This document shows, in pieces, positions 12,264 through 24,900 of a stretch of DNA of 64,000 nt. Both the position numbers and the translations under genes were made by a program. Source of the stretch: Paramecium tetraurelia (taxonomy: Eukaryota); the NCBI GenBank assembly GCA_000165425.1, contig CT868318.1, forward strand, positions 647,067 to 711,066, given 5' to 3'. The notes beneath the pieces are model-generated. The model searched no databases. It was not told the origin of the DNA and worked only from the letters and a program-made list of their open reading frames with translations. The stretch's first letter is position 1; each line of letters opens with the position of its first letter.

Positions 12264-14161
12264 TCATGAAAAAACATATTTTTAATTAATCTTAGGGTGG
12301 AATGTGCATTATTCTCTTTCTTTTTATATTGCTTCCTCTTCTAGTTATCTCTTATTAGTGTTGTTTTATTAAGTTATTTTAAATGGTTCTGGCTTAGTTT
12401 TTTCTAAATGATTTTTAAAGTCGTATTTTAATTCATAATGAAATAGTTCTTTTTCTCTTTCTTATTGTTAATAAGCTTTTTTTTTCAGGTTTTCTTTGTT
12501 TTAGAAGAAGCTGTCAACTCCTTTAACCTTTTAGCTCAATGGTTCTTCATCTTTCTAAAATTATTTTGTAATTGGCTTAAATGTACATTCCTTCAACTCT
12601 TCATATTACATTTGCCTAAGAATTAACAATGTTGCAGTACCTTTTTAAGTCTTGGACTTTTCTTTCTTTAAGTTCTTTTTCTATTTCCATATTTTATCTA
12701 ATTAATTTTTTATCATATTTGGATTTCACATGTTAATACTATTGAGATTTTTTAGTTTAGGGATAATAACTAAATGATTATTTGGATTCTTATTCCTACA
12801 GAATTTAAATATAAAATTACTTCTTTTAATCTATTTAATTTCTCTTATCTTTCTGGATTGTATGCGAGATCATCAAGCGATCTTTTTTGGGCAATAATCG
12901 AAGAAATGTGATTTATTTAGGGTTTAAAAGTGTATTGTTGATAATATGCTTATTAAATTTATTCTTTTAGTATTTGATTTTTCTCATAATCTCTAACTCC
13001 AAGTCGATTAATTTTATCCGACATATTTTCTTAAAGCCTTTCTTCATTGCTTTCCATCATAAGTTCACTTGTTTTATTAATTTAAGGCTTAAAAGTAACA
13101 TCAGAATTTTTGATAAATTCTTAGATGAGCTTTTCTTTTTTTTCTCTCATAAAATCAGCCATCAGATATTAGGTTTGATAGATCTAGTTAATTTATTATA
13201 CTGGTTTAGTGGTGGGATTGATCTAAGGATTGAATGTACATTCATCTTTTTCTTAGATTTCATTCTTTTAATTCATTTTTTTCTACAATTTCAGTGCTGC
13301 ATCTTCCATTAATCTTTCAACAACAGACTTTGATGTTTATTTTTATTCAGCTATGAAAGCAGATCTTTGTGAAATCTTAGGTTGATATGTAACATCAGAT
13401 TGTTACTAAAGTTCTTATTGTTTTTAAAGTAATTCTTCTTATTTTTTTTTCATAACTTCATCTATTCTTTCATACAGGGGTTTCGTAAATTATTTTTCTC
13501 CTTTCAAAACTGTGCCAATCTAACTAATCTCGGGCTTAAAAGAGAACTATTCAGAATTAATATGATCAAATTTTAATTATTCTTTTCTCTTTTTTTATTC
13601 AATTCCATCTTAATATAATCTTTCAACTACTGGCTAATCTGTGTTTCTTCTTGATGCAATATCACTTATTATTGGTTTAAAAGTACAATGCTATTCTACC
13701 AATTCATCGATATATTTTCGTTTCTCGTTTTCCCTCTACTCTGCCTAATTTCGTTTATCTTCCAATAACCTTTACCAAACCTCTTCTTTTGAATATTATA
13801 ATGGTTTTTTTTATTATTATCTTGGCATGTCATAAGATTTTGGTTGGCAACAAGGTCTTTTAATTTTTGGACTGTAAGTTGAATTGAATTCTTCCATCAA
13901 TTTATTCAAATATGTTTTCTATTATTCTACTTCTTCGCATTCTTCTTCATGAGGTTCGGAAATGTACTGTTCTCTATGATCAGACTAGCTTCTTTGGATT
14001 CTCATCATATATTCGTGATTGAATTCTTTATTTTTTTCTAACTATTATTAGAGTTTTTGTGCTGTAAATTCAAGTGTTTAACTTTAAAATTTAGACTCTT
14101 TTTTGCTGCTACTAAGAATCAAATCATCCCAATATTGTGGGGATTATTACTCAATCATCAT
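12264..14161 (-). CDS. Coiled-coil protein with about 7 (E)CTFxPxI repeats
   Basis: MMIEQQSPQYWDDLIL... Repeats NCTFKPI, QFSFKPEI, VTYQPKI, ECTFNPQI, QYTFKPQI, ECTFKPI, QCTFHPKI. Confidence 0.8.
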
Positions 14162-14516
14162 AACGAATTTTGAATTAAATTAATAAATAATACAACTAAA
14201 TTTGAACATAAAGATGATAATTACAAATAAAGGAAAATTTAATCAATAATATTCAAAAATTGAGATGAGAATTTATATTTAATCCCTTTACACATCTTTG
14301 TTAATATCCACATTTGCAGCATAATATTATAATTTTTTAACGAATCTTGATTTAGTAGTAGTTCTAAAATTATTGAACCTTTTCTAATGAGGCGAAGTTT
14401 TAGTTATTAAACTTAAATACTATATCAGTCAAGAATCTTAAAATCATAATGAAACATTCTAATGCACTAAAATAAATAAACCTTCTATGTTATGATTATT
14501 ATTTATTATAATATTA

Positions 14517-15988
14517 ATGATTCACGGTCCCAATTCCCAATTTTCAGGAGCATATACTATTGGTAAACGATACGAATGTATGATCTTTCTATATTTCTTA
14601 GCTGCCATTTACTAAACTAATCCAAATCCAGGGTAATGTATGCTATTGACATAGTCCAAATCACTACTCTATTAATCCAATTGATAAACCCATAGGGTTC
14701 AAATTTTCAAAATCGAATAGAAAACCCTTATATTAACCTAGTATAGCACCAGATCCTGGAGCATATGATCTAAAATTTTAGGTCTTTAAAAATATAACTT
14801 AATTAGACAATCTCCTAAACTTCACCCTCAGCCGTATTTACAACTGCCAAAGATCACTAGGAACGAGTATTTGAAATTGGTCCTGGATCTTATAATTGGA
14901 CTGATTAAAAAAAGGCTCCAGCATTTACCTTTCAAAGCAAATTCGATTCTATTGGTAATCAGATATTACAAAATCCTGGTCCAGGAACTTATGAAATTAA
15001 ACATTACCATACTCATTAGCCTTAAAATAAGGGTTTATCAACGAGCTAGAGGGCTAATCATTTAACATCAAGTACTCCAGGACCAGGATCATACGATGTC
15101 GAAATACCTAAATACTCAACTAATATTAAGTATAATCAATATCTAACAGATTTCCAAAATCATAGAGAAGCTTAGAATAAAGTGAATTTGGACCTGGCCC
15201 AGGAGCTTTTGATTTGAGTATACCAAAACAATAAGGAATAACTTTTGGAGTTAAAGGGAATCAACAAACTGAAAAATAAAGTGTTCCTGGCCCTGGTAGT
15301 TACAAATTAAAATCATTTGTTGGATATGATGAAAGAGATTTAAAATAAAATAAAGTAAAAGGAGCCAAGTATAGATAATTTACTCAAAACTAGAATTGGT
15401 ACTTCAAAAAGAAGTAGCTAAAATTTTCTCAAGCTTGGACCATCACCTCTAGATTACGATGTGTCCAAATACAAATATCCTACCAGACATGCTAGGTAAA
15501 AGCATATAAAATAATATTAGTTTTGGAAGTGCAGTTAGATCATCAATAGTTCCAAATGAGAAAACCCCTGGCCCTGGTTAGTATATGGTTGATTCCAAAC
15601 TTAGAAGAAATGGACCTGTCATACCAAAAGCATCAAAAGATTTCAACTCTTTAGATAATAATCCTGTATTTTGTAAATTTACACCCTTTAGGGTCCTGGG
15701 AAGTACAATCCTAACATATCAATGTCGACGAATAAAGGACCAAGCTATCATATTGCTGGCAAATACGAAAAACCATAAGAAGACAGTTTGGTTGGACCTG
15801 GAAGATATAATATTTAAAGGAACATCAATGATGGACCTAAATACACATTTCCAACCTTAGAAAAGAGCATGGACAATAAATCATTAGATATAAATTAGTA
15901 AAATCCTTAAGTTTATCTAATTAGATCGCACTGCTATGAAATCTAATAAACCATTGGATATATACCTCCGTACAACTTACAGAATTGA
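14517..15988 (+). CDS. SHIPPO-repeat (PGPGxY) protein, ODF3-like axonemal protein; many introns
   Basis: Repeated PDPGAY, GPGSY, PGPGTY, PGPGSY, PGPGAF, PGPGQY, GPGRY. Confidence 0.88.
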
Positions 15989-16023
15989 ATAAAATCAAAA
16001 CGGATTATATTTAATATATAATT

Positions 16024-16679
16024 ATGAAAATTATTGTCTTGATATTCTTGTTAGGGGCCTTTGCTTCAAACATCAGACATAAAAAGGAGAGGTTTTTTAT
16101 TATTCTTATTATTTAGACACAGTGATTCTTAGACATTATCACATCAACAATCAAACACTAAAGGTAATTGAACACCAAATAAATATTTTAGAATTATTGT
16201 AAGTCACTGATATAGATAACTAATCCGAGACTTTAGTTGAGGAAACTCTCAATGAATAATAAAATCTAGAAGAACCAAAACCAATTTATAATAATGATGG
16301 CAGATCACCTGATATGGGTTTGAGCGAAGTAGACAATAATGATGCTTCAGAGGCCCCTATGATGGCAGATAATGTATATGATTAATCAGCACAAGAAGAA
16401 GTGATTAAAGGATTATCACTTATATAAGTTGGAGAAATTGATGCATTAGCTGATATTGATACTAGCATGCCATTGTTAGATGAAGATTTTAAATATGATG
16501 AATAAGCCCTTTAGGAAACTCCTTTAAATGTTGATATCGTTGAGGAAGTACCTTAATAATAAGAATAAGAAGTCAATGAAATCGAAGATTAATTGCAATA
16601 AGAAATTGAAATCGAAGATTAGCAAGATCAATTAATAAATGAAGTTTAATTGCTTTAGATTGGAGGATTCTATTATTGA
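16024..16679 (+). CDS. Secreted acidic protein; 2 introns
   Basis: Signal peptide MKIIVLIFLLGAFA. D/E-rich body with ELLQV, SLIQV and QLLQI motifs. Confidence 0.8.
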
Positions 16680-16717
16680 TTTATTCAAAATCATATATAA
16701 TATTAATTTAATTATTC

Positions 16718-17188
16718 ATGAATAAATTCAATATTTCAGCTACATCAATAAATTTTAGAAAGTAGAAAACTACAAACAATTAAACCAGAATCGATTCATC
16801 TACATCCGTCAATCAAAACAACCCTACAATATAAAGAAAGGATGATAAAAACTTGCAATCAAACACAGAAAGAACAAAGATTAACTCCATAAGCAGAGAG
16901 AAAATAAAAGGAAACAAAAAGTAATAATAACTAAATTTTATTTTAGTTTAGCTCTTATATTAAATCTAAAGTAAATAATTCTAGTGTTGATAAAATTTTT
17001 AATAACTAAAGAGCATTATCATCAATATCTCGTTAATCAAATTGCAGTCCAACCTCAAAGAGAACAGCCTCAAAAAATAAGCTCTCTGCCACTCCTTAAA
17101 GAGATAAGTCAAAATAAACAACTGTATCAGAATAAAAAAAGCAGTTATTATCTTAAACATCAAGATAACAATAATAACAATAGTAATA

Positions 17189-17221
<33 letters not shown>

Positions 17222-18568
17222 ATAATAACAATAGCCATAATAATAACAATAGTAATAACAATAGCTATAATAATAACAATAGTAATAATAATAACAATAG
17301 CAATAATAATCTAAAAAAACAGATAGATAACATACTCCAAAATCAACAAGCAAATAAATGTTTACATCTCCAAATGTAAAACCTCTTTCTGGCAATGCAA
17401 TAAATAAAATGAAACCAACCTTTGAGAAAGGAAAGTCCTTACCTTTCAAAAAAGAGAGTGCACCTGTAAAATTAATTTCTCAAAATACTAATTTGGGATA
17501 CACTGCTTAGAAGTCAAGTAGAAAACCAAATAAAAATTTGAGTTAAAATAAGGAAACACCTATTCATTATGAAGAATTCACATTACAAGCATCATAAGCT
17601 AAGAACGTTTAAACTGAGGGATTATCTGTAATTTTTAGGTTTATTAATTTAGTGTTTAGTTGAGTCAATATTTTTAGGGTCAAAATATTATTAGTCCTCA
17701 TTAATCCATTTTCATTATGAATAAATAAAACAAAAACAGTCCCCTTATAACTATTTTTTTGATTTACACTACTCAACAGAAGTTCTAAAGGACTATTTTA
17801 AAGAATTATTTCAAGAGCACTTTTTATAAAATTATAATTGTTTGTAATATTGCAAGAAATATACCTAAAATATTCAAAAGAATAAAAAGTATGAATTTTT
17901 ACCTGGTTAATCCCAAGAGATTAAAACATTAGTTTTTGATTTAGATGAAACTTTAATCCATTGCAATGATAATAATAATGACCCTACTGACCATGTTGTA
18001 TAGATATAATTGCCAAATGAAGGGACAGTAGAAGTACTTAATGTTAATAAAACTTAGGCAAGAATTAACATAAGACCCTATTGTTAATAAATGTTAAAAC
18101 TATTGTCCAGCCATTTTGAATTGATGTTATTTACAGCCTCCTATTAATATTATGCAGACAAAGTACTTGAATTGATAGACCCTGATAGAACGTTATTTCA
18201 ATATAGGTTTTATAGGGACAGCTGTATAGAGGTTGAAGAGGGCCTATTTGTTAAAGATTTGAGGATAATAGGGAATAGAAAATTAGAAGTAAGATTAGTG
18301 CAATATCTAGAATATTTTGCTAGTTGATAACGCATCTTATTCTTATTGTTTTTAAATAGATAATGGAGTACCTATAATTCCATTTTATGATAATAAATAT
18401 GATAAGGAATTGTTATTTTTGACCGACTATTTAATCAACCTGAAGAAATCTGATTAGTCAATTAAGTAAAACAGAATGCACTTCCGAACTTATTTTTATT
18501 AGATTTGCCCCAATGGAGATGAATGCTTGAAAGAGTTATTTCAAGCGCATGATATTGTTTAGGATTGA
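16718..18568 (+). CDS. CTD small phosphatase-like (NIF/FCP1-homology HAD phosphatase) with N-terminal polyQ
   Basis: KTLVFDLDETLIHC, NIRPYC, LFTASYQYYADKVL, FVKDLRII, LVDN, NGVPIIPF. Confidence 0.93.
17167..17310 (+). repeat. Gln-codon (TAA/CAA/TAG) low-complexity tract
   Basis: Trinucleotide run inside the phosphatase gene, read as polyQ. Confidence 0.8.
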
Positions 18569-18664
18569 TATATTATATAAAGTATTTAAAGAAGAAAAAC
18601 TTATTTGTTAGATATTGATTATGAATCTGTAATATATATAATAAATAAATTAACTGTAAATCAA

Positions 18665-20273
18665 ATGAATTACGAAGCATTACTTGAGGAACTGGGATTG
18701 GATGGTACTCCATAAAAATAAACAAGCAAATCACCGTAGAATTAAACAAGAGCTACGGATAACACTTACCTTACCAAAACACCTGAAACTACAAAACAAA
18801 AAAAAATAAAATTAATATTAAATGTAAATTTGAGTTCCAATCAAGTGGAATAGTTAATGATATATTAAGATGATGATCCAAAATTGAAAGTATCAGAATT
18901 TTGTCATTTGCACTAATTAGACAAGAATGCATAAAATGTACTAATAAAACAAATCAACAGCAATACAAATAGTGAAAATTATCAAAGTTAACAAAAATTA
19001 CAATAGTAAAATTATTATTCTAGAAATTTACAATCATATTCAACAAAAGAGTCAGAATAACCTGGTGAGAGACTCTATCAATTGGCTTAAAAGAAGAAAG
19101 AATAAAGAGAAAATTAAATAAAATAGTATTAAACAGAAAAATAGGAATAGGAGTAACAGCAATTATAATAAACCCCTAAACTAAGCAATCAAACAAAAAT
19201 TTATTTGGTATTTAGTAATTCATTGACTTATTTAAGGAATAAGCTGGGTATCGTAAAAATGGATATATGAGAGAGAAGGGTACTCTGAAAGATAAACAAA
19301 TTCAATAGGTCTTTTTGGATGAGCAAGGGAAGGAGTATAATTTTGTACCTCAGATAAATGAATTGTAAGATATTTATATTATCAATTAGATCGAAACAAA
19401 TGAGTCATTATATTAGAGAGAAACAACATTATGAGAACGTATTTGATGAATTGTACGAACAAGCAAGAAACAGAATGTACTCACAACCAGAATACGATAT
19501 TCCTGAATGTACTTTCAAACCTTCAGTGAACTAGAATATTAAGATTGATGAAGATTTTTTAACTAGGATGGAAAAGAAGTAGGAAGAATAGAAAGAAAGA
19601 AGGGAATTAATTAAAATGAAGTATGAAAACGTTGACGTAAAGACTCGGCAATTATTATATCGACCTAAAATATGTAGAAGTCCTTATGCTTAAACATCAT
19701 CAGAAAAACGTATATGAATAGATTAAATCATAAGCCGTTCATGAGAAGCTTTATTTATAGTCCAAGTTAAAGTCAGAAAAATTGTAGTTAATGTCTGAAT
19801 AAAAAATCATGGAAGAAAAGGAATCTTAAAATGTGAGATTGAAAAACGAATTGTCAGAGGATATCGTATTTCTCTAAAGGAAGAAGGTCCTCAAACAATT
19901 ATTTGCTGAAATGGATTCAAATCAGGATGGCTAAATATAATGTTCTTATGAAGAAATAAATAATCTACCTCCCAATATTATATAAACTCTTTGGCCTGTA
20001 TTAAAATTATTATAGGAACGAAAACGATGCTTAGATTTTGATGACTTTTTTGAAAATGTTTATGAATTTTGTATCAATCTTCCCTAAATCTAAAAGGATA
20101 TCATTTTCAAAAAGTCAAAGAATAACTATCTCACTATGAAAGATTAAGATTACACTTTCACTCCAAAGACTAATAAGAAGTCTAAATCAATGAAGACTGT
20201 GCATTATCCTAGTTGTAAATGTGAAATTTGCTCAAAAATTGCTATTATATAAAGGCAATTAAATGATTAATGA
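18665..20273 (+). CDS. Coiled-coil protein with xTFxP repeats and a C-terminal EF-hand-like motif
   Basis: MNYEALLEELGLD... EYNFVPQIN, ECTFKPSVN, DYTFTPKTN and LFAEMDSNQDGQI. Confidence 0.78.
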
Positions 20274-20383
20274 ATAATATATATTACACGATTAAAATAA
20301 TATCTTATAATTAAATAATTGTTCGTAAATGCATATTTAAAGATAAAGAATACATCAAATAAATAAAATATTAATATAATTAT

Positions 20384-21198
20384 ATGTCTGCTAACTGTAT
20401 TGAAGAAAAAAAATTTGCTTTGATCAATGAAGAATTAACAATTGACAATATGGACTAATCTACAACAAATTAATCAAAATAAAGCAATGCTACACTCTCC
20501 ATGGCCTTTCCGAATGCTGATAGCAATTACAGGTACAAGCCAATAAAAACCCAAAGTATTTTTAAACGTTATAATAGGAAGTCTGTTGACACTGACTCCA
20601 TAGATCAGTTAAAGAAGAAGTTCAAGATCTCTGATTGAACAAACTTACGTAATTGAAGAGGAAGTATTTAGAATATTTAAATAATAGCCATAAATTTAAG
20701 GATAGAATGAAGTATTCCTCATTTATTGGTATGATTAAAATATTGATCATAAATATGAGATGATTATTCAAACACATAATAACATTACTGTAGGTGATCT
20801 AATTCAACTTTTTATCTAACAATTCAATGACCAAAATTAATATTTACAGACTCCGTTTTCCTCTGATGTTCATAATACCAATATTTATGAATTATACATA
20901 CCAAAAAAGAAAAAAGGTACTCCAAATGAAGATTTTCCAGGTATTGTATTTTAAGTTATTTTTAGCTTTTGCCAATTAAACTATGCTTAATTAAACCAAT
21001 TTAAAAGAATTTTCCTTAAAGATAACAACCAAACAAATAACAAATTATTCGTCACCACTTTTAAATTCCTAGAATTCATCAGCAGCCAAATCTAATACTA
21101 AATAGAGATAAAGCTTAACAAATTCTAGTTAAAAAAAGAAGAAAAACTTTTTTTAGAAATTATTTTTCTGTTGCAATCACCAGGCAGAAGAATTTTGA
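20384..21198 (+). CDS. Protein with a SIN1/Avo1 CRIM-like domain and a polybasic/di-Cys C-terminus
   Basis: TVGDLIQLFIQQF...YELYIPKKKKGTPNEDFPAF...LKEFSLK. C-terminus KKKKNFFQKLFFCCNHQAEEF*. Three probable introns. Confidence 0.65.
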
Positions 21199-21937
21199 AC
21201 TTAATAACTTAAACTTGTTTAATGCATTTACATAACAAATAATATTTAAAATCTAATATTATATATATAATATATATGATTAGTTCTGATATTCTAATTA
21301 ATACAACTTCTTATATTTATATTTATTTTGAGAGCAAGTATGTAGATATAAAAACTGAATGAGATGATTCTTTTTAAATTCAAAAAACTATGATTTTCTG
21401 ATTTATTTGTTTTTCTTGTTGATATTAATTGAATTCCTTTGTAAATTCGATAATGAATGTCTAATATTAAAAACAAACTTGAAATATTAATAAACTTAAA
21501 GGACTAATTTAAATATAGCAAAATAAATTTACATGTGATAAAATAAAAATTAGCCTTCTTATATATATATGTTCTTTATTTTCTTTGAATAATATTAAAC
21601 AAAAGTCCATTTTTAGCATTTTTAAGCAATCTTCAGTGCAAAATATTTTTACCATAAAAATTAAAATAACTTATATAAAATCATATACTTTTCTACTTTT
21701 TTTGATATTTAGTGATTGCTGTCGAATTAATTACAGCTGTTTGATTTCAAAATATAAGTATGTCAGGGATGCTCTTTTTTTATAAATAGTCATACTTTTT
21801 ATTACAGAAGTTGGATTAAAAGAGAAACTACAATCGGATTTGGTATTCTACTCATAATGTAAATGAAAATAATGTTTCAGAAATGAATTCTCAATATTGA
21901 TAATAATTATAATATTTAAAATTATACTAAAGAATAT

Positions 21938-24900
21938 ATGAGTCGTGTGCTTAGATATTAAAAAAAGAAGAAGGATGATGGTAGATACTTAATTAATTGA
22001 ATAGGACCCTTAGTGAAAATAAACTTCGCAAAATTTCCGAATTTACCAAAAATAAGGGAAGAAGAAGATAAATTATAAGGTTTTATTAATTCTTTTGAAT
22101 CTGATAGCTAGTAACTTTTAATCATCAAAATAGGTTGTCATTATAGGAGAGATCATGTTAATTGAGAACAATGACTGCATCTTTTTCTAGAGGGTTAAAA
22201 ACTACTTCAAGTTCAAGGGACAGAAAGGAATAAAAAAAGGTTGATGAGAATTATACAATTTATGGATTGTCAAAGATAAAAACAGCGAGAAGTCCACTAT
22301 AAACATAAAGATAAACTCCAAATCCATATGAAACTGAATAAAAATTAGAGCGATCAAATGAAGAGTGGTTTTAATAGTCTCTGATTTCAGAAGCACCTTA
22401 AGCAAAAGTGTTGTTTTTTAATTAAAGAAAAAAGTATGCTGAAATACATATGTAGATCTTTCTTGTGGGAAGATGCAAAAGTCATAAATTATAATCAGGA
22501 TACTTAAAAATTTCTAGTATAAAAATATCCCGATGGATCAACGAAATCAGTTGATAGACTATCAATCAAATTTATTAATTAAGATGAAGATTTATTCAGA
22601 GCAGCAACAGTAAGAAGGTTTTTATTTAATTTTATAAATTTATAGTTAGAATATTAGATAACATCAAAAGGAAGAAATGAAAAAACTTAGGGAGATTTAT
22701 GCAATAAGTGATAATGAAGTCAATAAAGCCCCTTAATCTTTAATTAATTCACTTTTTAGTAGATTTTAAAATACAAAAAAGTAGAATCTAGTTGAATCTC
22801 TACTTGAAGAGGTTAATTAAAACTATTTACTCTTTTAAAAAAAATGCTCATTTATTGGAGACACTGTTATTTATAAATAGATTGCTAGAGTTGAACAGAG
22901 ATATCAATTTTTTCCTACTTTATAAAGCAATCTAGAGAAAGAAGCTGTTCTAATAAGGAAGGATGGTTATAAAGCTATGAAGTAATTGCTTTTTAGATTA
23001 AATTAAATCAATATTGAAATAATTCATGAGAGGGATTTTAAGTTTCCAATAATACTCAATAAATTTGATGCTGTTCTTGAAATGGAAGGAAAAGAGATTA
23101 AGAAAGAGGTTAGAAGGGAAAAGTTCTATATTTAATCAGATCTGTAAGATATATTAGGTCAAAATTATAAATTTGTAGAATCAAATCGAAAACGCTATTA
23201 TGATTGTGGGTTGTCAAGAATATTAACTAGAGTTGATCTGATGTATTAATAAATTATAAAAGAAAAGGTTCTACATTAGTTTAATTACACTAAAGAATTT
23301 TATGAAAGTTTTATACTAAATTCTCAATTTCACAAGCCTTTAAAATAAAAGCCATTGCTTTAATTGCATGTACAATGTATAGTGCAAGTGCCTGTAAAAA
23401 AATCAATGAGAAAATTAATAAAAGATTCGATAAAAGGAGATGAGGAGATAATTTATATTGAGCCAAATATGTAATCCATCTTAACAGCCTTCATGAAGCC
23501 ATTTGATTATCTTTATCAATTAATAATCGAAGGTTGTTGTATTTAAAGTGAAATCATGACCCTATTATTATTGGAGAAAAAGAAGATATCAACTGTGATG
23601 GACTTTGGTTAACTAAACTCTATAAAAGAATAAACAATTAATTTGATTTCAAATGAGTATAAATCTTGTGATGATATTGCTAAATACTATACTAAGTACT
23701 CTCGTTACCTAAAAGCTTTCCGCTCAAAAGATTTATACGACATCTTTGGTCTGGATCCAAAGGAAGCAGCCATTCTAAGTTAGATGAATTTCTCATCGAT
23801 AGAGAGTTACTTATATGAGTTAAAAGAGTCCAAATTAGACATACTTTAATTCCATTAAAATTAGAAAAGATTTGGTTTGTTTTCTTTGAATATCTATGAG
23901 CTTAAACACACTCTGGTTGAACGAATTAATGATTAACAGATATAGATTTTTAATGTAAGATCATGTATTTTATTAAAATAGAAAATATAAGAGATTCTGA
24001 AACATAACATCTAATAGATTAAATAATAATTTTAAGTAATGAGGGAAAAGAGTCAATAGATTCCACAAACAGAATAGGAACTGATGGAATTAAAATTGTT
24101 CTTAGGTGAAATTAAAGTAGATTTTTCAAGAATGCAATTTGAAGTTCAATTTGTGTAAATATCTTATAAATATTTTTATAGCGAATAATACATAAATTTA
24201 TTTGAAGAGTTTTATATACCTTTTGACTTTTAGTTAGTAATCGATTATTATGAATTAATCTATTTACCAAAAGATATTTCTGACATAATTGAGGCTAATA
24301 AAGCAGTTCTGAAATAGCAAGAAGATATCTTTTTGAGAAGATTACATAATGACAAATAAGAATTCATTGCCAAGATTTTGTAAATGCAAACTACATTTAC
24401 AAAGATTAAATCTTATTGTTAGTATGAAAAGTTAAAGGAAAATATTATTGAGATTAAAAAGTTCTAAGAATAAATTGAGAATTCCAAAGAAGTAATATCT
24501 GAATTCAATCTAAGAGAGCTTACATTTCAAATAGGTGTAACAGTTTACAGAGAATTTGAAAATTTACTCCATGAGTTCTAACCTTATTATTAATTTTGGG
24601 ATTTAGCAGTATAATTATTATATGTTATAATTAGTAAAGATTTGATATTTAAAAAGAGTAATGGTTATCTATGTCAATTAAATAATTAGATCATCTAGAT
24701 ATGTAACTATTGATGTAACAATTCAATAATGAAGCTATTTCAATTTTTAATTACTTTAGTGATATTCTAGATGACAATGCACAGAGTTTGGTAAGAAATT
24801 TAAGAAGGTAATTGGATTAATTCAAGGATAACATTTGGATAGTTGAATCACTGGCTATTGAAGCATATAAAAGAAAACCCATTTTCTGGAAAGATCTTTT

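Noticed and set aside
16984..17449. Poly-N, poly-I and poly-Y/C ORFs from the track
   Set aside because: Alternative frames of the phosphatase polyQ repeat.
21200..21930. Long minus-strand TGA-free frame upstream of the dynein gene
   Set aside because: Composition looks non-coding, with no motif or convincing intron.
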